Shown here one piece after another: positions 39,801 to 54,800 of a DNA stretch of 64,000 nt. The translations under genes were made by a program, and so were the position numbers. Source of the DNA: Tubulanus polymorphus (lineage: Eukaryota; Animalia; Nemertea). The notes under the pieces are model-generated. The model was not told where the DNA came from and did no database searches. It saw only the letters and a program-made list of their open reading frames with translations. The stretch is taken from the NCBI RefSeq assembly GCF_964204645.1, contig NC_134028.1, forward strand, positions 13,129,263 through 13,193,262. Direction: 5' to 3'. Numbering within the stretch: position 1 is the stretch's first letter; each line of letters starts with the position of its first letter.

Positions 39801-42800
39801 CATCGTTCATCATATAGACACATTTCAACAGCTGCTTCAAAATTCCCAATTAATACATTTTGGTTAACCAAACCATCCACATCTAAAATAAAAAGGAACA
39901 GTCAAAGAAATTACTATGTACAAGACTCAATATGCTTTGATAACATTTGTAACTATGCTAACTTTCTAATTACCAACATATGCCCAATTCCTCATTTAAT
40001 TTTGAACTAGAACAGTACAAAGTCATTCCAATAAAAGATAAGAAGGCCACCAGTCACCCATCACAAAACAAATCAGAAGTGCCCGATAACATATTACCTT
40101 ACAAACAAATCTGAGACCACCAAGTTTATCAAAATACAAGAAAGATAGCAATCCTTTAGACGAATCCACAAGATTGAGACCAGTCAGCCATGTTCTTGTC
40201 AGTCATAAAATGACAGAATCACACCTATATAACAATACCAAAAATATTGTTTTGGAAGAGTGTCCAGAAAATATATGTCCCCAGATCAGGTGAACATCAT
40301 GTGGAGAATACACCCTGAGCCTATGTCGACCCAATAATGAAGCCAGTATTGACTTTGGACCGAAAGGACCAAAAAAGTTATCAGTTAGTCTCTATGGACC
40401 TTTTACCTCAACATTCACCAAGTAATCTTAAACTGTTTATGAGTTATGAGCCGAAAATGAAAAATCCAAAATCATTTCCTGTGACCTTGATCTTTGACCT
40501 ACAGTTCTTGAAATGCTATCTGTTATCCACAGTCCGTAGGACAACCAATCCTGTCAGTGCAGTTCAGCGCACTGTAGAATTTGTATCAACCGTGTACATA
40601 CATTTATGTGTGAATAGTATTAGTTATATTCAAGTTAGGTTGTTAGATTGTGAATCATGATCCATGTAAATTGTATTGTGACTGACTTATGTATATAATA
40701 AAGTTCGAACAGTATTCAGCACTGTGAGTAAGTCATTCCTGTAGTTTGTTTCGTACCTTCTGGACAGAAGCCCTCGAGGATACAGTCAGGTCCGTCGCTG
40801 TCAGGACATTTGGTCCCTCGAGCCTCAAACCGTTGAGTTAGAAATCTCATTCGAAACCGCCGAAATTAGTCATGGCTACAGGAGAAACTGGATTCGATCT
40901 TGACAAGACGCTGAACATCAGGAGAGCGCAACGCGGTCAGTTCACAAAGCTGTATAAAGATTGCCTAGGACATTTTGAGGACAGGAATAGCGTGAAAGGT
41001 ACATGTTCTTTGAAAACTCTAGTAAAAAAATTGATGTATCTCGAAGACCTTGATGAGAAAATCGTAAATGAGGCTTCATTTTCGGAAGAAGAAGCGCTCT
41101 TAGATTTCATTATGGAAAGTGACGATTATCTAAATGAACGACGAAACAAAATTGCCGAGTTTGAGTTATCCTTTTCCGAGCTTTCAATTCAGAATAATAA
41201 AACCTCGGGTTCAGCTCAACAAAGATTGGTTTTACCCAAACTCGTGCTGCCAAAATTTTCGGGTGATATAATGGAATGGAACACGTTTTGGGACCTGTTC
41301 GTCGTTTCTGTCGATAATCAGCCAAATCTTTCGGAAATTGAAAAGTTCACGCACTTGAAAACACATTTGTTCGGCGATGCTAAAAGATGTATCGACGGCT
41401 TACATTTAACCAGTTTAAACTATTGCGAAGCAAAGAAAATATTAATTGAGCGATTCGGTCAACCAGATAAAATTGCTGACGCTTATTTAAATTCGCTCTT
41501 GGAGATCGAACATCCGTCGGCGGACGTTCAGTCACTTCGGTGTTTTTACGATAAAATAGAGCAGTGTATCAGGGCTCTAAAATCACTTGGCCATCAATCC
41601 GATTCATATGGTACATTGTTAGTTAGTGTAGTGTTGAAAAAATTACCGCCGTCCGTAAAAGAAAAAATGGCTAGGGCTCACGGCTGCGATCGTTGGGAGC
41701 TAAAAGTTCTAATGCAGGCCATTCAAAATGAAATCCGTATTCTCGAATTTTGCAGCGCGGGCATATCATCAGAGTCCAGATTTACACCAATAGCAGAAGG
41801 GACGGTGACGTCACTCCACGCGAGCAATAATGGTCAGCAACAATGGGTAAAACGAGACTCCGTGAAATTTAATAGAAAATGCTTATTCTGCAATGACGAT
41901 CAACATTTCACCGCTTCGTGTAATAAGGTATCCGATCCCGAAAAGCGTTTGGAAATAATTCAAAAATCGCATTTGTGTTTTAATTGCCTAGGCAAACATC
42001 GTAGTAGAAATTGTCAATCGCGTTTTCGGTGTAAAAAATGTTCTTCGAGACATCATACTTCGCTGTGTGGTGCGTCGATGTTTGAGAAATCCGTAGGTCG
42101 CCACGAGTCCGCTGTTACGACCACATTAGTAGAAGAAAACGACTGTTCGCGTCAAGAGATAGCCCCAACAGAAGTCAGCATTCAACAAACGACGACATCG
42201 ACCGTAAAGGGAAGTTCGATACTTCTCAAAACAGCTGTAGTTAATATAGATAGTAATTCCAAACGTATTTCGGCTAATTTATTATTCGATGATGGGTCAC
42301 AGCGTTCATTTGTCACACAAAGTATTGTTGATATTTTAGGGCTCAAACCCATGAGGAAAGATTCAGTAAGTATTGCAACATTTGGTTCTAGAGAGTCGTG
42401 ACATAGTGAGATGGAAGTCGTTAAGTTAGATATCATATGCAATGATTCCGAGTATGAAACAATAGAAGCTCTAGTTGTACCTACTATCTTACGACCTCTA
42501 TTCAATCAAAATTCTCATCATATTCCAGAATTTAAGAATCTTAAATTAGCCAATCCTATTGGAAATACATCTGAACATTTCGAATTATCAGTGTTAGTCG
42601 GTTCTGATTATTATTATAAGTTTGTTCAAGGTAATGAAATAATTCGTTCTGAAGCAGGTCCAGTTGCAGTTTCAACTCGAGTAGGCTATCTAGTAACCGG
42701 ACCTCTTCCGGTCAATTCTAACTTGAACGTTGATACTACTCAACTTATGAGTATTGTATTCGATTCGGATAAAACTTTGGAAACATTTTGGTCATTAGAA

Positions 42801-45800
42801 TCTATCGGTATTCAAGCACCGAGTGGTCAAGATAATTTCCTTGAACATTATTTCAGTAATAGTATCAAAAGAGAAAACGGTATTTATTACGCTAAGCTAC
42901 CATGGAAGTCAAATCATGCGCCACTACCTCACAACTTTGGTATTGTTTCTTCTCGGACTCGTTCGTTAACCCGTCGTTTGGGGAAAACTCCAGATATATT
43001 GTCTAAATACCAAAGTATTATAAAATATCAATTAGAGCGAGAATTCATTGAAAAGGTGCCAAATCCCAATCAATTCGATGGTCGGTTACACTATATACCA
43101 CATCACGCCGTTTTTCGGCAGTCTGCTACAACTCCAATTCGCATAGTCTTTGACTGCAGTTGCAAACAGTCGAAAGATTCACTTAGTCTTAATGACTGTC
43201 TTCATTCTGGTCCATCACTTTTGAATGACATTACATCTATTATATTGCGCTTTAGACTATTCAGGTATGCTGTAATAACAGACATTGAGAAGGCGTTTCT
43301 ACATGTAGGTTTAGATCCCTGTGACCGGGATGTTACGCGCTTTTTATGGCTCAGTGATCCGAGCAATACTGAAAGTCCTTTTGACGTTTATCGTTTCAAA
43401 CGGGTTTTATTTGGAGCAACTTGTTCACCGTTTATGTTGAACAGCACTTTGATTTTTCACTTAAGATATTCACCCAGTGATTTCTCGGATCAATTGCAGC
43501 GTGACATATATGTCGATAATGTTAGCACTAGTTTTCATAAAGAAAGCAGCCTAGCCAAGTTTTATGATTATTGTCGGACATTGAATGATGAGGCTAATTT
43601 TAATTTTCGATGTTGGACATCAAACTCGAAACCGTTACGTTCTTTAGCTTCATCTGACGATATTTGTGATAAGTCCACTGTTGTCAAGGTTTTGGGTTTG
43701 ACATGGAACGTAGAACAAGATAAACTCATGTTTCCGTTACAGGATATCATTATTAGCGCTCCGGTAACTAAACGCAATATCTTACATGATTCAGCATCTA
43801 TTTATGACCCTTTAGGTTTCATAAATCCAGTAACAGTAAGATCTAAACTATTGTTACAGGAAATCTGGAAAGTGGGGTATGATTGGGACATAAAATTACC
43901 TTTGTCAGTTGTTAGTTCATGGCATTCAATCTTTAATGATTTACGGTGTGTTTTGAAGTCAGAGATTCCGCGTCAGTATATGACATCTGACGTTATTACC
44001 CCAGACAGTGCATTCGAATTACACGTATTCGGTGATGCTAGTTCTTGGGCATATGGAACCGTAGCTTATCTTAGATGCGACGAAGATTCGCAATTCGTTA
44101 TGTCTAGATCACGAGTAGCACCAGTTAAACCAATGTCGATACCTAAACTTGAATTAATGGCAGCGACATTGGCAGCGAGATTGTGTCATCATGTTAGAAA
44201 ATCATTAACCCCTGCATTGACTAGGCCACCAAAAATTTGTATGTGGTCCGATAGCCAAGTAGTGTTAGGTTGGATTCGATCCAAAAAACTTCCAACTACT
44301 TTCATTTCTAATCGTGTTTCTGAAATAAGAAAATTAACGGATTGTGGGAGTTGGCAGTATTGTGATTCTGAATCAAATCCAGCAGATTTATTAACAAGAG
44401 GTTTGATATCTTTAGATTTCTTGTCTAATGATTTATGGCGAAAAGGTCCATCATTTCTTATTGACGAAAGTAGACGTCCATCTCAGTCGCTCAACTTAAC
44501 AAATCTAATGTCTCAAACAGATCCTTCGCAAGGAAATGAATGTCTGAGACCGATTGGAGATGCTACACAAAATTCTGTAGTTGGCATTAATTCGATAATC
44601 GATATTAAGAGCCATATATCATTTTCTAGTTTAGTAAGGGTATCTGCATATGTTTTTCGATTTATTCATAATTTACGTTCGAAGACACAAAGTCGTAGAT
44701 TTGATAAACTTTCAGTCTCTGAGATTGAAACTTCAGAATCCATTTGGATAAAGATTTGTCAGATGATTCACTATTCTGACATATTGGAACGTTTAAATGG
44801 TTTAAATCAGAAGAGATATCCAATCATAAACCAGCTCCAATTGTTTCTTGACAAAGATGGTATTATTCGTTGTCGGGGAAGGCTTCAGTATTCTGCATTA
44901 TTACCCGATTGTAAATATCCTATACTGTTACCACGATACGGTGATTTGACACACATAGTAGTTAGCGATGCTCATAAGAGAGTTTTTCATTTTGGCGTGA
45001 ATGCTACAGTTAATAAGATACGTGAAAGATTTTGGATTCCGCAAATTAGGCAATTAGTTAAATCTTCAGTACGCCAATGCGTTACTTGTCGTCATATTGC
45101 GGGCAAGCCGTTCAGCTTACCCGATCCTCCTCCTTTACCATCATTTAGTGTCAATGAGTCTCAGCCCTTTCAATATACAGGGGTGGATTATTGTGGTCCA
45201 TTGATAACGAAGGATGGTCAGAAGAGTTACATAGCACTTTTCACTTGTGCTGTCACTAGGTCATGTCATCTCGAGATCGTAAGAAGTAATAGCACACATG
45301 ATTTTTTGAAAGCCTTTCGACGCTTTTGTGCTCGTCGTTCGTTACCAAAACTTCTAATTTCAGATAATGCATCTACCTTCGTAGGAGCTAATGTTGAACT
45401 TAAAAGAATATTTGACTCTGACCAGGTTAAACATTATATTTCCAAAAACGTTGTCGAATGGAAGTTTATTTGTAAATGTGCACCCTGGCACGGTGGTTTT
45501 TATGAAAGACTGATTGGTTTAACCAAGATGGCTCTCAAGAAAACGTTACGTCATTCTTCAGTCTCTTATGATGAATTAGTAACACTAGCTTCTGAAATTG
45601 AGGCCGTGATTAATGATAGACCATTGATGTCTACTTCATCCGAAATTAACGATGAATCCCCATTAACACCTTCGCATCTAATTTACGGTAGGCGCTTAAC
45701 TTGTTTGCCTTATCCGTCCGATCAAAAGGATCCTGAATTTAAATCGGTTCAATCTGATCTTCAGAAACGTTATATACATTTGGGGAAATTACTTAATCAT

Positions 45801-48800
45801 TTTTGGTCTCGTTGGAGTCACGAATACTTGGTAAATCTCCGTGAGTCACATCGTACTGTTGGCAAGAATAATCAGCTAGTCAAAATTGGTTCTGTTGTTA
45901 TTTTACATGAAGATATCACTCCTAGATTGAAATGGAAACTAGGTATAATCACCGGAACTCAAAGGGGACCGGATGATCTAATTAGGTCATGCACCGTGCG
46001 AACAGCTAACGGAGTTACAACTCGTCCTTTGTCGAGACTTATTCCTTTGGAAGTTGTAAGCGATACTGAAATTTCTAATGGGAATAATGAAACAATTAAT
46101 GAAAGTAGGCCGAAAAGGGCTGCTGCTATTCAAGCACAAAATCGTATAGCAAACATCTTATTGGAATAAGTCAAATTACCAATTCATCGATTTAATTTAA
46201 TTAGAGAATTGGTTTGACATGAATAATAGTAATTTTCTTCTTTTTCTTCTTTCTGCTGGGGAGTGTCAGTGCAGTTCAGCGCACTGTAGAATTTGTATCA
46301 ACCGTGTACACACATTTATGTGTGAATAGTATTAGTTATATTCAAGTTAGGTTGTTAGATTGTGAATCATGATCCATGTAAATTGTATTGTGACTGACTT
46401 ATGTATATAATAAAGTTCGAACAGTATTCAGCACTGTGAGTAAGTCATTCCTGTAGTTTGTTTCGTACCTTCTGGACAGAAGCCCTCGAGGATACAGTCA
46501 GGTCCGTCGCTGTCAGGACAAATCCATCAAATTTTCTCCAAGTAACCTTAAACCTTTTACGAGTAAAAACCCGGAAAATGGAAATGGGCAAAGCTGTTTA
46601 CTGAGTTTGAAAAGTGGGAATTGTTTACCAAAGTTTTAGGAGATAATACAAATTATACTTGGTCTCTTTATACAATTTTGGTGAACTTTAGGTATTATCT
46701 GAGTAATGTGTGTTCATGCAGCATCAAAGTTCTAAACTGTTTTCTGTAGTCAGAATTCAGGTTTAATATAAACTACAAATTCTGGATTGCACCATTCACT
46801 AGAAACTTGGACTTTGGTGTGTTGGACACTTTTCTACATCTTGTGAACATCTATTTTTAATAAAAGCTAAATGTCACAGTGTTAATTAAATTAAGATGAT
46901 ATATTACTTTGCATTAAGAAAACTTATATTAAAACGTGTTGTTTCCATTTTTTGTAGTTATGCGCAGTTATATGTAACGGAAAATAAATCACAGAGTAAA
47001 ATCATGGATTCTGCGCATTGACGTCGTTTATTTAGTCCTCACGTAAGGTCTTGCCCATGAGAAATCTTTTTTGAATTTCAGAGTTCAAAAAAATTTCATA
47101 TTGTATTTTATATTGTACCTATTTAATAAAATTCTACTTTGCCACTAGAATATTGAATACACCAAGCCAGTATAGTTTGCAAATTATATACTCAGTAATT
47201 TCAGGCCATAAGAAATATCAATCAACAATGAAATATAAGTCCCACAATCACAGGATCGAAAACGATTTTAAAACATCGAAACTATTAAAACTTATTTTAA
47301 ACCTCGAATTTTCGAATTTATGCTAAAAACCATTTTCAAGAGTGACTAAAAGTATGGCATGAGACAGTTTATATATCAAGCAAGAACGACATACTATTGC
47401 ACATAAAAACTAGGTGATACTGACCAGAGGAAGTGCATAGGGACAAAAGGTTTATTATGGGGGGAGAAACCAAGGTTACCATTGACACAAGAATTTAAAT
47501 GGGAATTTAGTATAGCCGACTCAACGATGTGACTCAACTATGTGACAGGTAATACTGTGAGACGGAAAAATGATACGAGAATTATCAAAATCAAATCAAT
47601 GACCATTAGAATCCCAAACATGGGCAGCCACAGCACGTTGGGGTTTTCGATTGATTATATCTTTCTTATGCTCTTAAATACGAATACTGAGGAAGCGACA
47701 GATTTCACCTATATAAAATTTATCACTACCTAGGCAAGGGATTTTATAAACACTGGCATGTATATTGGACAGAGTATTATTTTTGGATAAATGACTAGAG
47801 ATTTTATTATCATACTTGAATATGATATCAGTGTTCAGCGCTTTGAGAGTGAGTTTCAATTTGTCTAAACAAGGTGTCACCCTGATATAAGTCACATATT
47901 TTATTATTATACGTATCTGCAATTTCATATCGAACAGTTCATACTATTTCGTATCTCTTACTACATGAAATGCTTGATACTGATGAAGATATCAATAATG
48001 TAATATAACTTATGACTATAGTTTCAATGTGCTTCAAAGTCTTAATCAACATGTGACATAACTCAATATGTTTTCTTAGTAATTAGCTCTAGTCAGTGCT
48101 CATCAATAATTATTTAATGTGTCTCAAACATGTCACTAGGTGTTAGTTTGTGAGTCCTGATGTCTACAACTTCTCTGACACCTAGTTCTCACATCATACT
48201 CATGATTCTGCATATAAAGACTATGTAAAGTTATGATAATCATTCTCATACCGGGATGCAATAAAGATTGTATATAACTGCCTTGTTGTTACTGATGAAT
48301 GGAATCCTGAACTGCTGGTGTAAATGCTAGTTCCCCAGCCAGCCTGCCGATACAACAACCAGCCGGTTACAAAGGGACATAAGGACAATAATGCAAGACT
48401 TACGTTGAACAGAGTCAACACAGATAAAATTAGGTTTGATAAGCTAATTTTTTAAGACAATTGCATACATATAAAATTTCAGATTCAGTAAATTCAGGGT
48501 CACAAATTCTAAGAGCCCGAACAAACAACCCTTGGGCTACAGACAAGTTGATATTAAAACTAGTGAAGGAAAAGGAAATGCAAATATGAATTAGAGTGGG
48601 TAGGATTCCGAGGTTCCGACTGAAAAACGGACAAGATCAAAACTATTGTGTATAAGAACATCCAGGAAAGGAATCACATTATTGGATTCCCATTAACGGG
48701 AATCCAATAATGTGATTTTAATAGTTTCGACGTTTTAAAAGCTTGACCTATCAGTGATGCTCGTAGGAACATTTATGGACTGACTTTGATATAAATCATC

Positions 48801-51800
48801 GGTAACACACCAAATTTGGAATTAATCAACGATGCTATTTTAAGCATACGGCTTGAAATATAGTCAATTCCACTAGCTTTGTCGATTTCAAGATTTGTAA
48901 TTAGTTTTGATATTTCATCAGGATCAGTGTGACGAAGGACAATATAACTGGGACTCCTGTTCGCGAAAAATGGGTAGTTATTGATTGCATTTGGAACATG
49001 GAATTTTCTAGCAATAACTTTTAAGAAAGCCTCCGCTTTTTTCTTTATTTGTGAAGAACATATCCTTTGTAAGCGGTTCTATGATTGTTGGTATGTTGCT
49101 GGAAAACTTATTCCCAAGGAGCTTTTTGATAAGGTTCCAATACATTTTTTAATTTTTCGTAGAATTGTCAAGGGAATGAACTAGGCTGGTGGTAAAATTT
49201 TCTTTTGCCTGGCTAATAGTACGGTTGACCACTTCAACCTGTTCTATATAACGAATGTATGAATGTGCAGATTGGTGCTGCTTAAGAGCTTTATATAAGT
49301 GGTTACGCTTATTAAGTTCTTTTTTAATGCTATCATTATATCATGGCGTGTCGGTTGACTTGACCTGGCAGACTTGTTCGGTATATACCCTCTAGAGATA
49401 TTTTGTAGTTTCACAGTAAAATTAGAAATTATATGATCTAAATCGTTATTTTCATTTATTATATTGTTCCAGTTCACAGACAATATTTCATTATTAAGAT
49501 GCATTAACTTACATTGATCGTATTGCCATATATGTTTGTATGTATATAACTGAGTATATATACGTATATAACCGAGGCCTGCATTGAAATGAGCAGATAA
49601 ATAGCAGTGATCTGCATTACCAATAGGGGGTAGCACTTCGAATGAAGACAGTCTACCCGGGGAACCAGGAACAATAAGTCAAAGCACAAGCTTGAACTAT
49701 CAGTGATTCTCGTAGGTACGTTTATGGACTGACTTTAATGTAAATCATCGGTAACACACCAAATTTGGAATAAATCAACGATGACCATGAGCTCCGCTGA
49801 CCTTCGGTCACAGTGGAGCTAAGAAATCTTAACATTATCAATTAGGTTACTAACTATTTTTAGCCTGTCTCTCTATTCATTTGGCATTTTAGCCAATTTC
49901 TGCATAATTTGTACTGAACTTTCCACCAAGATTATCCATTTAGAGATTATATCAAGATTACTAAACTCAGTATACAGAACAGCGCTCTAAAACATTTTTC
50001 CCTCCCAAAGTGAAATATTCGCCTAGCCATCTACCGCACAAGGAGGAGGTTTAAAGACATACATTATAAGGGTTACCCAAAAATGAACATATCAATGAAT
50101 ACATCAAAAGAAAATGAACACATCAAAAGTAGTTTTTCAAAGATTTTTACCAATACAAATAAATCTCTTTATCCCACATTTGCATGCATGGAGGTGGTCA
50201 TACACCATATCAAAAATAATTGTACCTGTTCCATCAAGTAAAGTTTTGCCTAGATTCAACATACATTGGCAAGAGCTAACAATGCTTAACCAGAAATTAC
50301 TTACCATCAGCAGTAGAGATTGGAAAAGGGGACTCCGATCGTGATTCACCTTTATGTGAAGCAATATGATCGAATTCAGCAATAGCTTCCGAATTCTCTG
50401 CCTTTTTATCTCCCGGTGTCTGAAATTCAAATGAAAACCCTCCATGAAATTCAAAGTTGAGTAATTTACTGAAGTTAGTTGGACTGCTATGTGATGATGC
50501 TGAACCTCTTGTGGTCAGTCAGAAGACATGGGTTCAGGAGATTCTGTTCCACTGGAGGAGGTAGGTGTAAGGGAAGACAATTTGAATAACGATGACATAG
50601 ATGAGATGATGGCGCGTGGGTTCTAAATGGTCCGATGAGAGAAGTTCTGCAGACGATGGTGCTGCATCGGGACTAATCACACCCGATGATTGTGCGTGTC
50701 AGAACTCAGTTTATCGGAGGAGGTCATTGCTAGTAACTATAATTCATCTGATTCAGTAGTTCAGTAGTGTGTAATATGTTCAACTCAACAAATGAGTCTT
50801 TGTTGAGTTGGACGTAACTTTCACAATGCTGAGGCGTACTTGGGGATATACAATTGAGGGAGTTACTGAGAAGATTGGAGAAATGATTAGTCCAGGAATC
50901 TAGAGATATTTGGGACTGGCAAGGGGAGCCTTTCTTCAGTTTGTGAAATAGGGCCCAGTATTCCGTAGGATTGTTTGAATGTAGAGAATCCATCTGGTTG
51001 AGAAGTTGTTGGCTATAAGACTTTTTCTTCTAATTAAGGAAAGATTTATAGAGGTGTTTTTTATTTCAAAAAATGTAGATTAAAGATATATAGTAAGGTT
51101 CTTTCCGTAGGAGAGAACAGAGAAACTGCAAATATCTTTTTAGGGTAGAACAGTCGGAATCGAACCAAAGTTTAAGTTTATCTGTAACACATTTTGGGGA
51201 TCTAGAGGGTTTCGACAACTGTCTTTTCCTGCCAGTGTTAGAAGCGACGTTGGTTATAATGTCATTTAAAGTATTGACGTTAGGGTTGACACTTTGGGAG
51301 TCCGAGTTGGAGGAGGTAGAGAGATGCTCAAGTTTGGCGGATAAGGAGGGGGAAGCTAAAGATTTGTGTTTAAGGTCAGAATTCCAAAGAAATATGTAGA
51401 TGGTATGGTGAATAGTATTAGAACTCTCAACAATAGAATATTGTGCTTTGATTAGTGTAGATAGCCGGCAGTGTATGGAGTCGATACTGGGTTCATTCAC
51501 ATGAAAGAGATAAATGGAGTTCATTAGACTGGGAGAGCAGATAGAGTAGTCAATGGTGCTTGGCAGGTCGCCATGACTGAAGCAGGTACGCATTCCCGTG
51601 CCTATGCATAACTGAATGAGTTTTTTACCATGAGCATTGACAGGGTGAGTATCTAAGTTGTTTCTGGGTAAGCAACCATCCTGATATTGTAAGACAAATT
51701 CCGATATCTCGCAGTTGGCAGATATATCGTCAATACAGAAATAGGGCACAGTTGCCATTTTGGCGTCGAGGTCTCCACAGAGCAGGATGTGGCCATGATT

Positions 51801-54800
51801 GGCATACAGAGATATCTCATCCTCAATAAATTACATACATTCAATACATTAAATTCGGAACTATCAAATTTATTACAGTGGTTTAGAGCCAATAGATTAT
51901 CTGTCAATATAGATAAAACTCAGTATATGGTATTTGGCAATAGGGACCACCGAGGACTTAATATCTTTCTTGGAGATAAAATCATTAATCGTGTTGATAG
52001 TGCGAAATTTTTAGGTGTAATTTTTGATCGTAATTTGACATGGAAAGATCATATATCGTCTGTCTGTAAAAAGGTTTCTCGGGGAATTGGAATAATCAAT
52101 AGACTCAAAAACTTCCTGCCATTCGATATTCTCAAAAATCTCTATCATTGTTTTGTCCACTCGCATTTGCAATATGCAAATCTTGTTTGGGGTAACGCCT
52201 GTACATCATATTTACAACCTTTATTTATACTACAAAAAAGGGCCCTTAGAACCATTACTCAATCCTATTGATTTGAACACACCTCTCCAATATTTCGCAA
52301 ATTACATATTTTAAAACTGGAAGATATCCACAAATTCCAAATTGGTTACAACAGGTTAGCCATCGCCTACCTGAAATTTTCAATCATTTCTTTAACTTCA
52401 GAAACAACATTTATAGATGTAGGCCGACTCGCAGGCCACGGGACCTACATATAGCATTTGCTAACTCCAATTACAAATACAAGTCTGTCAAAATCCAAGG
52501 GGCCAAATTCTGGAACAGTTTAAGCAAAAGCCTCAAATGCCCTCAATCTCCATCAGCTTTTAAAAATAGTCTTCATCATTTCCTTAGTTCTAAATATTGA
52601 TCGATACCCTTTGCGTGCTACTTGCTTGTTCTTCCATTTTGAATATATGTATGTATCCTAATGTTTGGTAACGTGTGCACATGAGAGTGAATGATGGTGT
52701 GAATGTGGGAGTGAATGGACAAGGGATTAGGACTAGTTTAAGCCAACTTTGGCTTTTCCTAATAGCATAATCTATTGCTACAATGATTGTTATTATATTA
52801 TATTTTCATACTGTATCGTATTGTATAATTACATATCTTTGTATCAATCTATTATGCAAAGTAAACTTAACTTAACTTAATAATATCAAAAATATCAATA
52901 TTACTCGATTCATTGATTTTAGAAGTTTGAGAGGCTATATATACAATGCAGAGATAAATGTCCTTTTCTAGGTTGAAGAATGAGTTGCATAGTTTAGCTC
53001 AGATAACATCACTAGACTGAAACATCGGTAGTCTGAATTAGAGATTATAAGCAGAACAAATGTAAAATAGTGAAAACCATTGGATTGACTTCAAGTGATG
53101 GGAGAAGACTGACTTTTTTTACAGACAATTGGATTGAAAATAAGGACGCCGGAAAATCTCAAGAAAAAGATGTCTTTTTTGAATTAAGAATGGAAATGCA
53201 TATACCTATCTTCGGATTGAAGATTGTGGCATAATTTCAGAGAATCCGTGCTCCAAGCAATCAAAAAAAGCTAAGATGTCCCCCTTGATTGAATCCAGGA
53301 GTTTCATGAAAATCTGTCAATCGATACGATCTCCATCACACACGACTGCATGGTGATTCATCATGAATATACATGGTAGTGCGTTTTCCCCACTGACTCA
53401 AATAGACACTTTCCACGCTCCTGGTGAGACGATTTCTATACATGAAGTGAGCGAAGTTTATGAAACAATTTATTTTCGTAAATTGAACAATTTCCAAGAT
53501 TCACTTCCCTCCTTCCCAGTTTTCCCTATTGCCCTTCTATAAAATTCACTGCTTTTCACAGCTGGCCACGACGAACCCTGGCAATTGAATCATTTGCAGT
53601 TTCCAAGAAAACTTTAACTCGACCACGCACAAGGCGCTTTTCATATACATGCAGAGATCAATACACATAGCAGCGAGTATATGTGTCAGGCACGTACGTA
53701 AGGCATGAATGTACGTAAAAGGGCATGTGTGCGTCCATAACGAAATGTAGTTCCAAGACCAAATAAATAACTAAATTGATAAATAAGCAACGGATTCTGA
53801 TGAAATTCAATAGGGTTAGAGCTAATATTACTGCATTTAATGTTTAAAAGTTCCGACAGAAACTAAGCCTCGTTTGTACCAAAGTTTCATATCAAGAATG
53901 TCGATTGTTAGCGAAACTCCCATTCTGACGAGGAAGGTGATTCATGGAGGAATGGCCAGGTTGATTAAAACTCTGATGAGACTGAGAGTTCTTATTATAA
54001 GGGACCAGGAGCTAGCAGAAGCCCGAGGCTGAGAGGACTGGTAGGGGCTGACAAGTAGACCAGTACCTCGCCTATTGAGATGGACTTGGTCTGGGAGGAA
54101 GATGTCAGTAGAGACATGCGAAAGATCACGATGCAGCGGTACAACCTGGCAAGAAAAGGTTTTGAGGCGGTCGTTAAATTCCATTGCACGAGACAAATAG
54201 TTTGGGTTTGGGCAGAACCTGAATTACATGGATAATATCAGAACAGGTAGATATTAGGTCAACTAAGGTGGTTATCACATACTTGGAGGTATACATGTTT
54301 CAGTTTGGCATTGGGTGGTAAACTATTGACAAAGTTCAGAGCACCCTGGATATTCTTTGTATCTCTACCTAGAGTTTTAATTAAACAATAAAGACCAGGG
54401 AGAATCGAAGCTGGCCGCAGAAACCATGTATGTGAGTTACCTATGATCAGGACTTCAGCGGAATTTATAATACTCGAATTCAGTTTAGTCGTAGACGTGG
54501 ATGATCTATCAATAGTGTTGAAAGGTCCATGAGGGCAGCGCTAGTGAGTTCATGGGCTCAACATCATCCTTTGAGGACATGATGTGTGTGGTTGGCTTTG
54601 AGAGATCGGACGCAAGTTCCCCACACTTATCTTCCAGCTTTTTTATCGTGGAGCGACTGACGTTAAGGTCCCTCTCAAGGGTGTGAACACAATTTCCTAA
54701 TGTAAGGTTATGGTCCAGGAGGGCATGCTTTTGCCCTAACAAATCATTGCGTTTACCACAAAGTTTTTCACGGCAGGATATCAGCAGAGGTTGTAGACGT

